Assembly: GCA_963748255.1 (NCBI GenBank)
Contig: CAVVIL010000003.1
Location: 111,938 to 175,937, forward strand
DNA length: 64,000 bases
From: an uncultured Actinomycetes bacterium
Lineage (GTDB): Bacteria; Actinomycetota; Thermoleophilia; Gaiellales; Gaiellaceae
Direction: 5' to 3'
The notes below the pieces were generated by a model. It ran no database searches and was not told the origin of the DNA. It was given only the letters and a program-made list of their open reading frames with translations. Position 1 is the stretch's first letter; each line of letters starts with the position of its first letter. The translations under genes and the position numbers were made by a program. Shown here piece by piece: positions 27,103 to 35,554 of this stretch.

Positions 27103-29058
27103 ATGGGCGCGGCCAGGCGACCCGCGCTCCGCGCTCGACGGGCCGCAGCATCGGCTCTCCTGCTTGCGATCGGCGTGCTGCTCGCCTTCGCCGCGTTCGC
27201 AGGCGAGGGGTCGCGCGACGACGCGCTCGCGACGGTCGGCGCGGCCGCGATCCTCGCCGCCGCCGCTGCGCTCGCGGCGGGCGCGCTCGGCATGCTGCCG
27301 CTCCGGCGCCTGGACGGGCCGGGCGTCGCGGTCGTCGTCGGCGCGACGGCGCTCACCGCCTGGGCGGGCTTCTCGATCGCGTGGTCGATCGCCGGCGACC
27401 GGTCGTGGGAGTGGCTGGCCCGCGGGCTCGTCTACGTGGCGTTCCTCGCGCTCGGCCTCGCGGCGGGGGCGCTCACGTCGGGCGCCCGCCGCCTGGCGGC
27501 GGTCGTGGCGGTCGTCGTCGCGGCGGCGCTCGCGTGGGCGCTGCTCGGGGTCGCCGTCCCGTCGCTCTTCGAGGACGGCGACCGTGTCGCGCGCCTCCGC
27601 GAGCCCGTCGGCTACTGGAACGCCCTCGCGCTGCTCGCGGACGGCGGTCTCGCGCTCGGCCTCTGGCTGGGCCGCACCCGCAGGCTCGAGCTCCGCGTCT
27701 GGGGGCTCCTCCTCGCGTACGGGGCGACCATCGCGCTGCTGCTCACCCAGTCGCGCGCCGGGATCATCGGCGCGGTCGCGGTCCTCGTGCTGTGGCTGGC
27801 CGCGTCCGACCGTCGCCTCGCCGACGCCCTGCGGGCCGTCGTCGCCGTGCTCCCCGGCGTCGCGGTCGCGGGCTGGGCGTTCACGCGCCCCGCGCTCGTC
27901 GAGGACGGCGCGCTCCGGGCCGACCGCGTGACGGACGGGCGGACGTTCGCGCTGCTGGCCCTCGTCGGCGGCGTCGTCGTCGCGCTCGCCGCCTGGCGGC
28001 TGCCGTTCTCACGGCTCGTCGTCGAGCGCGAGCGCCTCGTGCGCGGCGTCCTCGCCGTCGCGTGCGGCGGGCTGCTCGTCGTCGGGGTCGCGGGGGTGGC
28101 GGCCGCGGTCGGCAACCCCGTCTCGTGGGCGTCGTCGCAGCTCTCGGGCGAGGAGTGCGCGAACGACCCCGGGCGGCTCACGGATCTCTGCGCCAACAAC
28201 CGCCCGGCCTGGTGGCGGGAGTCGCTCCGGCTCGCCGAGGAGAGGCCCCTCGTGGGCTCGGGGGCCGGCACGTTCGCGATCGCCCGGAAGCGCGTCCGCG
28301 AGGACGCGAGCTCCGTCAGCGAGCCGCACAGCGTGCCGCTCCAGCTCCTCGCCGACCTCGGCGCCGTCGGTCTGGGGCTCGGGCTCCTGGTGATCGGCGG
28401 CGCGATCGTGGGCGTCCGCCGCGGCGTCCGGCGCGCGCAGGAGCACGAGCGGCCCGCGGCGGTGGCGCTCGCCTGCCTCGTCCTGGCCTACGGCGTCCAC
28501 GCGCTCGTGGACTACGACCTCGACTTCCTCGCGGTCACCGCGCCGATGCTCGTCGCCCTCGGGGGCCTGCTGGCGCTCGGCCGCCCGCACACGACCGTGC
28601 GGCTCGGCTGGGCGAGCGCGGCGATGCTGCTCGCGACCGCGGTGGCCGCGGTCGTCGTCGTCGTCCTGCCGGCGCTCTCCGAGCGTGAGGTCGAGCGCTC
28701 GCTCGACGCGGTCGACGCGGGCAACGTCGCGGACGCCGTCGATCGCGCGGACCGTGCGCGCCGGCTGAACCCCCTCGCGCTCGGGCCGCTCGAGGCGCTC
28801 GCGGTCGCCGCGGACGCCGCCGGGAACGAGCGGCTGGCCGTGGCGTGGTACGAGCGGGCGACCGAGCTCCAGCCGGAGAACCCGGACACCTGGTACGCGC
28901 TCGGCCTCTACCACTACCTCGCGACGGGCGACCGGTGCGCCGCGTACACGGCGCTCAACGCGTCGTACACGCTCGACCCCAACAGCAGCCGCTGGGTGCC
29001 GGGCGGGCCGCTCGACGTCACGCGGGACGCCGTCAACGACGGTGCCTGCGAGCGGTGA
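27103..29058 (+). CDS. O-antigen ligase (Wzy_C) family polytopic membrane protein with C-terminal TPR-like region
   Basis: 651 aa with more than 10 TM helices. Ligase block LLTQSRAGIIGA ... RPLVGSGAGTFAIARK...EPHSVPLQLLADLG. C-terminal soluble helical repeats (WYERATELQPENPDTWYALGLYHY). Confidence 0.8.
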   Translation: MGAARRPALRARRAAASALLLAIGVLLAFAAFAGEGSRDDALATVGAAAILAAAAALAAGALGMLPLRRLDGPGVAVVVGATALTAWAGFSIAWSIAGDRSWEWLARGLVYVAFLALGLAAGALTSGARRLAAVVAVVVAAALAWALLGVAVPSLFEDGDRVARLREPVGYWNALALLADGGLALGLWLGRTRRLELRVWGLLLAYGATIALLLTQSRAGIIGAVAVLVLWLAASDRRLADALRAVVAVLPGVAVAGWAFTRPALVEDGALRADRVTDGRTFALLALVGGVVVALAAWRLPFSRLVVERERLVRGVLAVACGGLLVVGVAGVAAAVGNPVSWASSQLSGEECANDPGRLTDLCANNRPAWWRESLRLAEERPLVGSGAGTFAIARKRVREDASSVSEPHSVPLQLLADLGAVGLGLGLLVIGGAIVGVRRGVRRAQEHERPAAVALACLVLAYGVHALVDYDLDFLAVTAPMLVALGGLLALGRPHTTVRLGWASAAMLLATAVAAVVVVVLPALSEREVERSLDAVDAGNVADAVDRADRARRLNPLALGPLEALAVAADAAGNERLAVAWYERATELQPENPDTWYALGLYHYLATGDRCAAYTALNASYTLDPNSSRWVPGGPLDVTRDAVNDGACER

Positions 29059-29061
29059 GCC

Positions 29062-29589
29062 TCAGGCGCCGAGGATGAGGACGGCGTGCGCGCCGGAGAG
29101 CTGGCGCGGCCGGATCCCGTCGAGCGGCGAGACGATCTGGACGCCGAGGTCGCGCGCCAGCCGACGGCCCTCCGCCGCGAACCCGGTGCGGTACATCACG
29201 ATCGAGCGGGGGTAGTCGTGGCTCGGAGCGTTGCCGACGACCCCCAGGCGGTAGCCCCGGTGGGAGACGCGGGATGCGGCCGCCGCGGCGGCGCCCGTGC
29301 GGCCGTTCCCGTTGAGGACGACGACCTTCACCTTGCGTCGCGGGAGGCCGGGCTGCGCGGCCACGCTGCGGCGCGCGGCGGCCTTCGGCGTGGACGTCTT
29401 CGCGGCGACCGCCTTCGCAGCCCGCGTCTTCGCGGCGGGTGCGGCGGGCTCCGACCGGGCGAGCAGCGCGCCGCCGATCACGACCAGGAGCACGAGCTCG
29501 ACCGCCGCGACGGCGGCCACGACGAGGGTCGCGGTGCGCCACGGACGGACGGCGACCTCGACGCGCTCGAGTCGGAGCGGGTGATCCAC
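29062..29589 (-). CDS. LytR_C domain protein (membrane-anchored)
   Basis: GTG at 29589. TM helix, Ala/Lys-rich linker, then VKVVVLNGNGRTGAAAAAASRV...GYRLGVVGNAP...SIVMY...A..LARDLG, typical of the LytR C-terminal domain. Confidence 0.7.
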   Translation of the reverse strand: MDHPLRLERVEVAVRPWRTATLVVAAVAAVELVLLVVIGGALLARSEPAAPAAKTRAAKAVAAKTSTPKAAARRSVAAQPGLPRRKVKVVVLNGNGRTGAAAAAASRVSHRGYRLGVVGNAPSHDYPRSIVMYRTGFAAEGRRLARDLGVQIVSPLDGIRPRQLSGAHAVLILGA

Positions 29590-29615
29590 GGGTGACGGGT
29601 TCGCCCGTCCCCCGG

Positions 29616-30506
29616 CTACTCCTTCTCGGTGGCGGCGTGCGTCTCGGCGATGCCGGGGCCGAGGGCGACCTCGGCGGTGAAGCCCAGCTCTGCGGCGGCC
29701 CGCGACGTGTCGAGCACGCTCCGGTGGGCGTCTCCCGCGCGCGGCGGCCCGTGGACGGCCGGCGCATCGACGCCGACCGCCTGCTCGCACAGGCGGTGGA
29801 GCTCGGAGACGGACGTCTCGATCCCCGTCCCGACGTTGAAGACGCCGCCGCGGCGGCCGGCTGCGAGGAGCAGCGCGCGCACCACGTCGTCGACGTGGAC
29901 GAAGTCCCGGGTGTTCGTGCCGTCGCCGAAGATCGTCGTCGGCTCGCCCGCGGCGAGCCGCTCGAGGAAGATCGCGATCACGCCGCCCTCGAGCGCCGCC
30001 GACTGGCGCGGGCCGTAGACGTTCGCGAAGCGGAGGACGACGTGCGCGCTCCCGTGGATCCGGTTCCAGCCGTCGAGGTAGAGCTCCGCGGCGCGCTTGG
30101 CGAGGCCGTACGCGGAGACGGGCAGGAGCGCCGAGTCCTCGCCGGCGGGCTCCTTCACGTCGCCGTAGATCGCGCCGCCGGTCGAGGCGAAGACGACCTG
30201 CGCGCCCGCCGCCCGGGCGGCCTCGAGCACGTTGACGGTGCCGACGACGTTGACCTCCGCGTCGAACGACGGGCGCTCCATCGACGTCCCGACGTCTGCC
30301 TGCGCCGCCAGGTGGAAGACGAGCTCGGCATCCGTCGTGAACGGCCGGCGGATGTCGTGCTCGACGAGGGTCGCCGCCCCGGCGAGGTGCTCGCGCCGGC
30401 CGGTGCTGAGGTCGTCGACCACGACGACCTCGTCGCCCCGCGCGAGCAGCGCGTCGACGAGGTGCGAGCCGATGAAGCCGGCCCCGCCGGTGACGAGCGC
30501 GCGCAT
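29616..30506 (-). CDS. NAD-dependent epimerase/dehydratase (GalE-like)
   Basis: MRALVTGGAGFIGSHL (Rossmann fold), catalytic YGLAK. 296 aa. Confidence 0.88.
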   Translation of the reverse strand: MRALVTGGAGFIGSHLVDALLARGDEVVVVDDLSTGRREHLAGAATLVEHDIRRPFTTDAELVFHLAAQADVGTSMERPSFDAEVNVVGTVNVLEAARAAGAQVVFASTGGAIYGDVKEPAGEDSALLPVSAYGLAKRAAELYLDGWNRIHGSAHVVLRFANVYGPRQSAALEGGVIAIFLERLAAGEPTTIFGDGTNTRDFVHVDDVVRALLLAAGRRGGVFNVGTGIETSVSELHRLCEQAVGVDAPAVHGPPRAGDAHRSVLDTSRAAAELGFTAEVALGPGIAETHAATEKE

Positions 30507-30534
30507 CGCGGCAGCCTACTCCGAGCTGCTGGTC

Positions 30535-30540
30535 TAACGT
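30535..30540 (+). promoter_or_regulatory. Candidate -10 hexamer (TAACGT), 7 nt upstream of the tmk GTG; leaderless-type
   Basis: Only 41 nt separate the divergent epimerase and tmk starts. TAACGT fits TAnnnT, and no SD is possible. Confidence 0.25.
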
Positions 30541-30547
30541 CCGGCCG

Positions 30548-31135
30548 GTGTTCGTCACCTTCGAGGGCATCGACGGCTCGGGCAAGACGACCCAGGCCCG
30601 GCTGCTCGCGGAGAGGCTGGAGCGCGAGGGCGTGGACGTCGTCCTCACCCGCGAGCCGGGAGGCACGCCGCTCGGCGAGGCCGTCCGCGACCTCGTCCTC
30701 CACGGCGAGCACGTCGCGCCCTGGGCGGAGGTCGCGCTCTACGCCGCGGCCCGGGCGCAGCACGTCGACCAGGTGATCCGGCCTGCCCTCGAGCGCGGCG
30801 CAATGGTCGTCTGCGACCGCTACGTCGACTCGTCCGCCGCGTATCAGGGCGGCGCCCGTCGTCTCGGCGTGGACACGGTGCTCGAGCTCAACCTGACGGT
30901 CGTCGGCGGGCTCATGCCCGACCGCACGGTGCTCGTCGAGATCAGCCCCGAGACCGCCGCCGCCCGGGTCGGCGGCACCGGCGACCGGATCGAGCGCGAC
31001 GGCGTCGCCCTCTGGGCGCGCGCCGCCGAGGCGTACCGCGACCTCGCGGCGCGCGACCGGCGACGGTACGTCGTCGTCGACGGCACGCGCCCCGTCGACG
31101 AGCTCGCCGAGGAGATCCATGGCCACCTTCGCTGA
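30548..31135 (+). CDS. tmk: dTMP kinase
   Basis: FVTFEGIDGSGKTTQ (P-loop), TREPGGTPLGE, DRYVDSSAAYQG. Confidence 0.92.
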   Translation: MFVTFEGIDGSGKTTQARLLAERLEREGVDVVLTREPGGTPLGEAVRDLVLHGEHVAPWAEVALYAAARAQHVDQVIRPALERGAMVVCDRYVDSSAAYQGGARRLGVDTVLELNLTVVGGLMPDRTVLVEISPETAAARVGGTGDRIERDGVALWARAAEAYRDLAARDRRRYVVVDGTRPVDELAEEIHGHLR

Positions 31136-32204
31136 CGTCCCCGAGCAGCGCGAGGCGAAGCGGCTGCTCGAGGCGGCGCTCGCCGACGGGCCTGCCCACG
31201 CGTACCTCTTCCACGGCCCGGCAGGCGTCGGCAAGCGCGTCGCCGCGGAGGCGCTCGCGGGGGAGCTGCTCGGCGACCCCCGGCGCGTCGACGCGCGGAC
31301 GCACCCCGACCTGCAGGTGATCGAGGCGCTCGGCGAGATGATCCGCATCGACGAGATCCGCGCGCTCCACCACGACCTCCACATGCGGCCGTTCGAGGGC
31401 GACCGCCGCGTCTACCTCGTCTTCGACGCCCACCGCATGAACGACGACGCGGCGGCGAGCCTCCTCAAGGACCTCGAGGAGCCGCCCGCGTATGCGACGC
31501 TCGTGCTCGTCGCCGACGAGCTCGGCCCGCTGCCCGAGACGATCCGCTCCCGCTGCCAGCTCGTCCCGTTCCGCCGTCTCTCACGCGGCGCCGTGGAGAC
31601 GTGGCTCGCCGCGCGGGTGCCCGAGCTCTCGGCGGAGGAGCTCCGCCTGCTGGCCCGCGTCGCCGGCGGTCGCCTCGACCGCGCCGCCCGGCTCCTGGAC
31701 GACGAGGCGCGGGCGCGGCGAGCGGCACTCCTCGACGCCGCCCGGGCCACCTATCGCGACGAGGCGTTCGACCCCACGGCGGCCGCCGCGATCGTCGTCG
31801 AGGCGGGACAGGCGCTCGGCGCGGCGGCGCGCGACCGCGAGCGCGGGCTGGTCGAGGGGCTGGAGCTGCCCGCCCGCGAGGCCGAGCAGCGCGTGCGGCG
31901 CGCGGGCTTCGGCGCGGAGCGCGCCGAGCTCCTCGCGGCCCTCGACGACCTCGGCGGCTGGTACCGGGACCTCGTCGTCGTCGCAGGAGGCGCCGCGACG
32001 GCGGTCGCGAACGCGGACCGGCTGGACGAGCTCACCGAGGACGCGCCGCTCGCCGGCGACGGCGCGGCCGAGGCGGCCGAGGCCACCCGGGAGACGTGGC
32101 GCATCGCCGAGGAGTTCAACGTCTCGGCGCCGCTCGCGCTCGAGGCCCTCTTCGTCCGCCTCCGGCGGGCCTTCAGTCGGGCGGCAGTCCCAGCCGAACG
32201 GTGA
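31119..32204 (+). CDS. holB: DNA polymerase III delta-prime subunit
   Basis: AHAYLFHGPAGVGKR, and the tmk-holB synteny is conserved. Overlaps tmk by 17 nt. Confidence 0.85.
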   Translation: MATFADVPEQREAKRLLEAALADGPAHAYLFHGPAGVGKRVAAEALAGELLGDPRRVDARTHPDLQVIEALGEMIRIDEIRALHHDLHMRPFEGDRRVYLVFDAHRMNDDAAASLLKDLEEPPAYATLVLVADELGPLPETIRSRCQLVPFRRLSRGAVETWLAARVPELSAEELRLLARVAGGRLDRAARLLDDEARARRAALLDAARATYRDEAFDPTAAAAIVVEAGQALGAAARDRERGLVEGLELPAREAEQRVRRAGFGAERAELLAALDDLGGWYRDLVVVAGGAATAVANADRLDELTEDAPLAGDGAAEAAEATRETWRIAEEFNVSAPLALEALFVRLRRAFSRAAVPAER

Positions 32205-33132
32205 AGCGGAACCGGCCCGCCTGCGCGCCGGTGTTGACGATCGACGCCTCGCAGTCGCCCGGCCCCATGCGCGGCAGGACGAGCGACGTCGGGCCGCCGC
32301 CGCTCAGGGCGCGCGCCCGGAAGGTCGAGCCGCACGAGACCGCGACGCGGCCCGCTCCCGGCCCGGCGCCGCGCAGGGTGCCGACGAGGTGGACACGGCG
32401 GTTCGGGCCGAGGAGCCCGAAGTCGACCGAGACCCGGTCGTTCGGCCCGAGCGTGCCCTGGCGCGTGATCACGACGGGCTTCAGTGCGGGCCGCGCGTTC
32501 CCGATCACCGGCGGCTCGGCGAGACCGAGGTCGGCGAGGATCGCCTGCTGCACCGTCGGGCTCGGCCGCTCGAGCCAGCGGATCTTGTAGCGGCCCTTGA
32601 GGTTCGTGTAGGCGTAGTCCTCGGCGAACACCTCGCCGATCGACCGGTCCCAGCCCACCTCGTAGCGGTCGCGGACGCTCTGCGCGCCCACGAGGAACGC
32701 CATCCCGCGCGCCTTCCACCAGAGCGGCGTCCCGTTCGGCTCGTCCAGCCCGCCGTGGCGTCTGCTCGCGTCGACGTGGTGCCCGTACTCGTGCACGACC
32801 GTGTGGGCGATGTCGTCGCTGCGGCCCGCGGGGACGACCATCGTGCCGCGGTTTCCGCGCTGCCGCGTGTAGCAGCCGGCGGCGTAGCTCGCGCAGCGCG
32901 TGCGGATCTCGTCCCAGTCGACGATCCGCACCGTCACGCGCTCGATCTCGTTGCCGTGCGCCGCGCGGCGGAGGAGCCCGGCGTACCAGCCGACGTCGGC
33001 GTCGGTCCGCACGTCGAAGCGGATCGTCCGGCCCTTCGCGTCGCGCAGGACGACCTCCCGTGCGGACGCCACCCCGGCGAGCGCCAGCGCGGCGAGCGAG
33101 ACGAGCACGGCGACGGCGAACCGGCGTGCCAT
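32173..33132 (-). CDS. Secreted hypothetical protein with HExxH zinc-metalloprotease-like motif
   Basis: Signal peptide MARRFAVAVLVSLAALALAGVASA. HTVVHEYGHHVD. 319 aa. The 3-prime end overlaps the convergent holB by 32 nt. Confidence 0.6.
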   Translation of the reverse strand: MARRFAVAVLVSLAALALAGVASAREVVLRDAKGRTIRFDVRTDADVGWYAGLLRRAAHGNEIERVTVRIVDWDEIRTRCASYAAGCYTRQRGNRGTMVVPAGRSDDIAHTVVHEYGHHVDASRRHGGLDEPNGTPLWWKARGMAFLVGAQSVRDRYEVGWDRSIGEVFAEDYAYTNLKGRYKIRWLERPSPTVQQAILADLGLAEPPVIGNARPALKPVVITRQGTLGPNDRVSVDFGLLGPNRRVHLVGTLRGAGPGAGRVAVSCGSTFRARALSGGGPTSLVLPRMGPGDCEASIVNTGAQAGRFRFTVRLGLPPD

Positions 33133-33230
33133 TGCCTCCAGGGTAGGGGGGCGCCCGCGCCGCGCGCATGTCGTTGGTGTTAAGCGAGGCCGAGAACGCG
33201 GCCGGCACGGCGCTACACTTGGCCGTCCTC

Positions 33231-33303
33231 GCCGACGTAGCTCAGCTGGTAGAGCACTTCACTCGTAATGAAGGGGTCCGCGGTTCGAGTCCGCGCGTCG
33301 GCT
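33231..33303 (+). tRNA. tRNA-Thr (anticodon CGU)
   Basis: Acceptor stem GCCGACG/CGTCGGC, D-loop AGCTCAGCTGGTAGAGC, anticodon loop CTCGTAA (CGT at 33264-33266), T-arm GGTTCGAGTCC. CCA is not encoded. Confidence 0.95.
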
Positions 33304-33404
33304 TCCTCTGAGGCGCCGCCCGGATCGCTTGACACCCGGGACCGCCGGCCGCGAGGATCGGGGCACAGCCGCCCCGCGGCCGCCGTCGAGATCAGGGGAG
33401 AGTC

Positions 33405-34205
33405 ATGCGCAGAGTCGTTGGATTCGGTCTGGCCGGCTTCATGGCGCTCGTCGTCGCCGGCGTGTCGGTGTCCCTCGCGTCGACGCAGGACTCCGCTCCC
33501 CTTCTCCCCGACGTGATCGAGGAGGTGCCCTCGCATCTCCAGGTGCAGAACACGCAGCAGCGGGAATGGCTGCGGTTCACCACGGTGCACGTCAACATCG
33601 GCGCGGGGAACCTCCAGATCCGCGGCGGCGGCCAGATCGCGCCGTGCGACATCGACGGCATCCACTACGACCAGTGCACGGTTGCGACGCAGGAGCTCCT
33701 CGACCCCGACGGCGACGTCGTCGCGACCCAGCCGGCCGGCGTCGCTCTCTTCCACCCCGAGCACAACCACTGGCACCAGTCCGCCGTCGCGGAGTTCGCG
33801 GTGCGGCGCACGAAGTACGGGGAGGCGCTCTCCGCCGGGGTGAAGATCACCTTCTGCTTCGTCGACGTGGAGTTCACAGGCGCCACGGGCTCGGCGAAGA
33901 AGGCACAGCCGCGGACGTACTTCGAGTGCAACGGCGACCTGCAGGGGCTCGCCTCGGGGTGGGCCGACAGCTACCACCAGTCGACGCCGCTCCAGGAGCT
34001 CGACATCACGGGCCTGCCGGCGGGCGACTACTACCTGACCCACCTCGCCGACCCCGACGACCACTGGCTCGAGAGCAACGAGTCGAACAACTTCACGTGG
34101 GTCAAGTTCCGGCTCGTGCGCAAGGGCGCCAACGCGTCGATCACGATCCTCGACCACTCCCCGTGCGTGCCCGAGGTGCTGTGCGGCTTCGGCGGCAACC
34201 CGTGA
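33405..34205 (+). CDS. Lysyl oxidase-like copper amine oxidase (secreted)
   Basis: Signal/TM at the N-terminus. His cluster FHPEHNHWHQ (Cu site). VKITFCFVD aligns with the animal LOX motif HKASFCLED (LTQ lysine). GWADSY...QELDITGLPAGDYYL...ESNESNN aligns with CYDTY...QWIDITDVKPGNYIL...ESDYTNN (LTQ tyrosine). SD GGGGAGAG. Confidence 0.75.
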   Translation: MRRVVGFGLAGFMALVVAGVSVSLASTQDSAPLLPDVIEEVPSHLQVQNTQQREWLRFTTVHVNIGAGNLQIRGGGQIAPCDIDGIHYDQCTVATQELLDPDGDVVATQPAGVALFHPEHNHWHQSAVAEFAVRRTKYGEALSAGVKITFCFVDVEFTGATGSAKKAQPRTYFECNGDLQGLASGWADSYHQSTPLQELDITGLPAGDYYLTHLADPDDHWLESNESNNFTWVKFRLVRKGANASITILDHSPCVPEVLCGFGGNP

Positions 34206-34223
34206 GCGCCTAGCGGGGCTACC

Positions 34224-34721
34224 GTGCGGCCCGTGGCGATCGTCCTGGTCACGGGGATGTCCGGGACGGGCAAGTCGACGGTGCTGGCGGAGCTGGCCCG
34301 GCGCGGCCACGCGGTCGTCGACACGGACGAGCGCGGCTGGTGCGAGGAGGAGCCGGTGCCGGGGAGCGCCCGCGTCGAGCGCCGGTGGCGCGAGGATCGG
34401 ATCGCCGCGCTGCTCGACGGCCACCGCGACGGGCTCCTCTTCGTCTCCGGCACCGTCCCGAACCAGGGACGCTTCTATCCGCGCTTCGACGCGGTCGTCC
34501 TGCTCACCGCCCCGCTCGACGTCCTCCTCCAGCGCATCCGGACGAGGGTGACGAACGACTACGGGAAGTCCGAGCCCGAGCGTGCGCTCGTCGTCGAGGA
34601 CGTCGAGGGCGTCGAGCCGCTGTTGCGGCCGGACGCGACCTCCGTGCTCGACACCCGCAGGCCCGTCGCGGAGGTCGCCGACGAGCTCGAGGCGGTCGCG
34701 CGGGCGTCTACGCTCGGCTGA
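34224..34721 (+). CDS. P-loop nucleoside/shikimate-kinase-like ATPase
   Basis: VLVTGMSGTGKSTV Walker A. 165 aa. The stop overlaps the next start (TGATG at 34719-34723). Confidence 0.7.
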   Translation: MRPVAIVLVTGMSGTGKSTVLAELARRGHAVVDTDERGWCEEEPVPGSARVERRWREDRIAALLDGHRDGLLFVSGTVPNQGRFYPRFDAVVLLTAPLDVLLQRIRTRVTNDYGKSEPERALVVEDVEGVEPLLRPDATSVLDTRRPVAEVADELEAVARASTLG

Positions 34722-35554
34722 TGGCCGCACCGGCGATCCGGCTGAACGACGGCGCCACGATCCCGCAGCTCGGGCTCGGCGTCTTCCAGGTGCCCGCGCG
34801 GGAGACGGCGCGCGTCGTGGCCGAGGCGCTGGCGATCGGCTACCGGCACGTCGACACGGCGCAGATGTACGGCAACGAGGCCGGCGTCGGCGAGGCCGTC
34901 GCCGCCTCGGGCCTCGCCCGCGACGAGGTGTTCGTGACGACCAAGCTGAACAACGGAAACCACCGCCCGGACGATGCTCGCCGGAGCTTCGCGCGCTCGC
35001 TCGAGACCCTGGGCCTCGACCACGTCGACCTGTTCCTCATCCACTGGCCGCGCGCGCGGCAGGACCCGGACGGGTACGTCGCGGCCTGGCGGGTGCTCGA
35101 GGAGCTCGCCCGCGACGGGCGCGCCCGCTCGATCGGCGTCTCGAACTTCGAGGTCGAGCATCTCGAGCGACTGGCCGCCGAGACGGACGTCGTGCCCGCC
35201 GTCAACCAGATCGAGCTCCACCCGTACTTCCAGAACCGCGAGGTCGCGGCCTGGGGCGAGCGGCACGGCGTCGTCACGGAGGCGTGGGCCCCGATCGCCC
35301 GCGGCGCGGTGCTCGACGACCCCGTCGTGGCCGAGGTCGCAGGGGCGCACGGCCGGACGCCCGCGCAGGTCGTCCTCCGCTGGCATCTCCAGCACGGCTT
35401 CGTCGTCTTCCCGAAGTCGTCGAGCGCGGCGCGGCTGCGCGAGAACTTCGACGTCTTCGGCTTCGAGCTCTCGGCCGGGGAGATGGCGCGGATCGACGGC
35501 CTCGACCGCGGCGAGGCGGGCCGAACGGGGATGCACCCGAACGCCTTCGGCTGA
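34721..35554 (+). CDS. Aldo/keto reductase (2,5-diketo-D-gluconate reductase-like)
   Basis: LNDGATIPQLGLGVFQV, GYRHVDTAQMYGNE, DLFLIHWP, IGVSNF, NQIELHPY. Confidence 0.9.
   Translation: MAAPAIRLNDGATIPQLGLGVFQVPARETARVVAEALAIGYRHVDTAQMYGNEAGVGEAVAASGLARDEVFVTTKLNNGNHRPDDARRSFARSLETLGLDHVDLFLIHWPRARQDPDGYVAAWRVLEELARDGRARSIGVSNFEVEHLERLAAETDVVPAVNQIELHPYFQNREVAAWGERHGVVTEAWAPIARGAVLDDPVVAEVAGAHGRTPAQVVLRWHLQHGFVVFPKSSSAARLRENFDVFGFELSAGEMARIDGLDRGEAGRTGMHPNAFG

Noticed and set aside
32173-32204. 32-nt overlap of the convergent holB and HExxH-protein 3-prime ends.
   Set aside because: Short convergent overlaps are common in compact high-GC genomes, and no hairpin or other signal was seen in the overlap.
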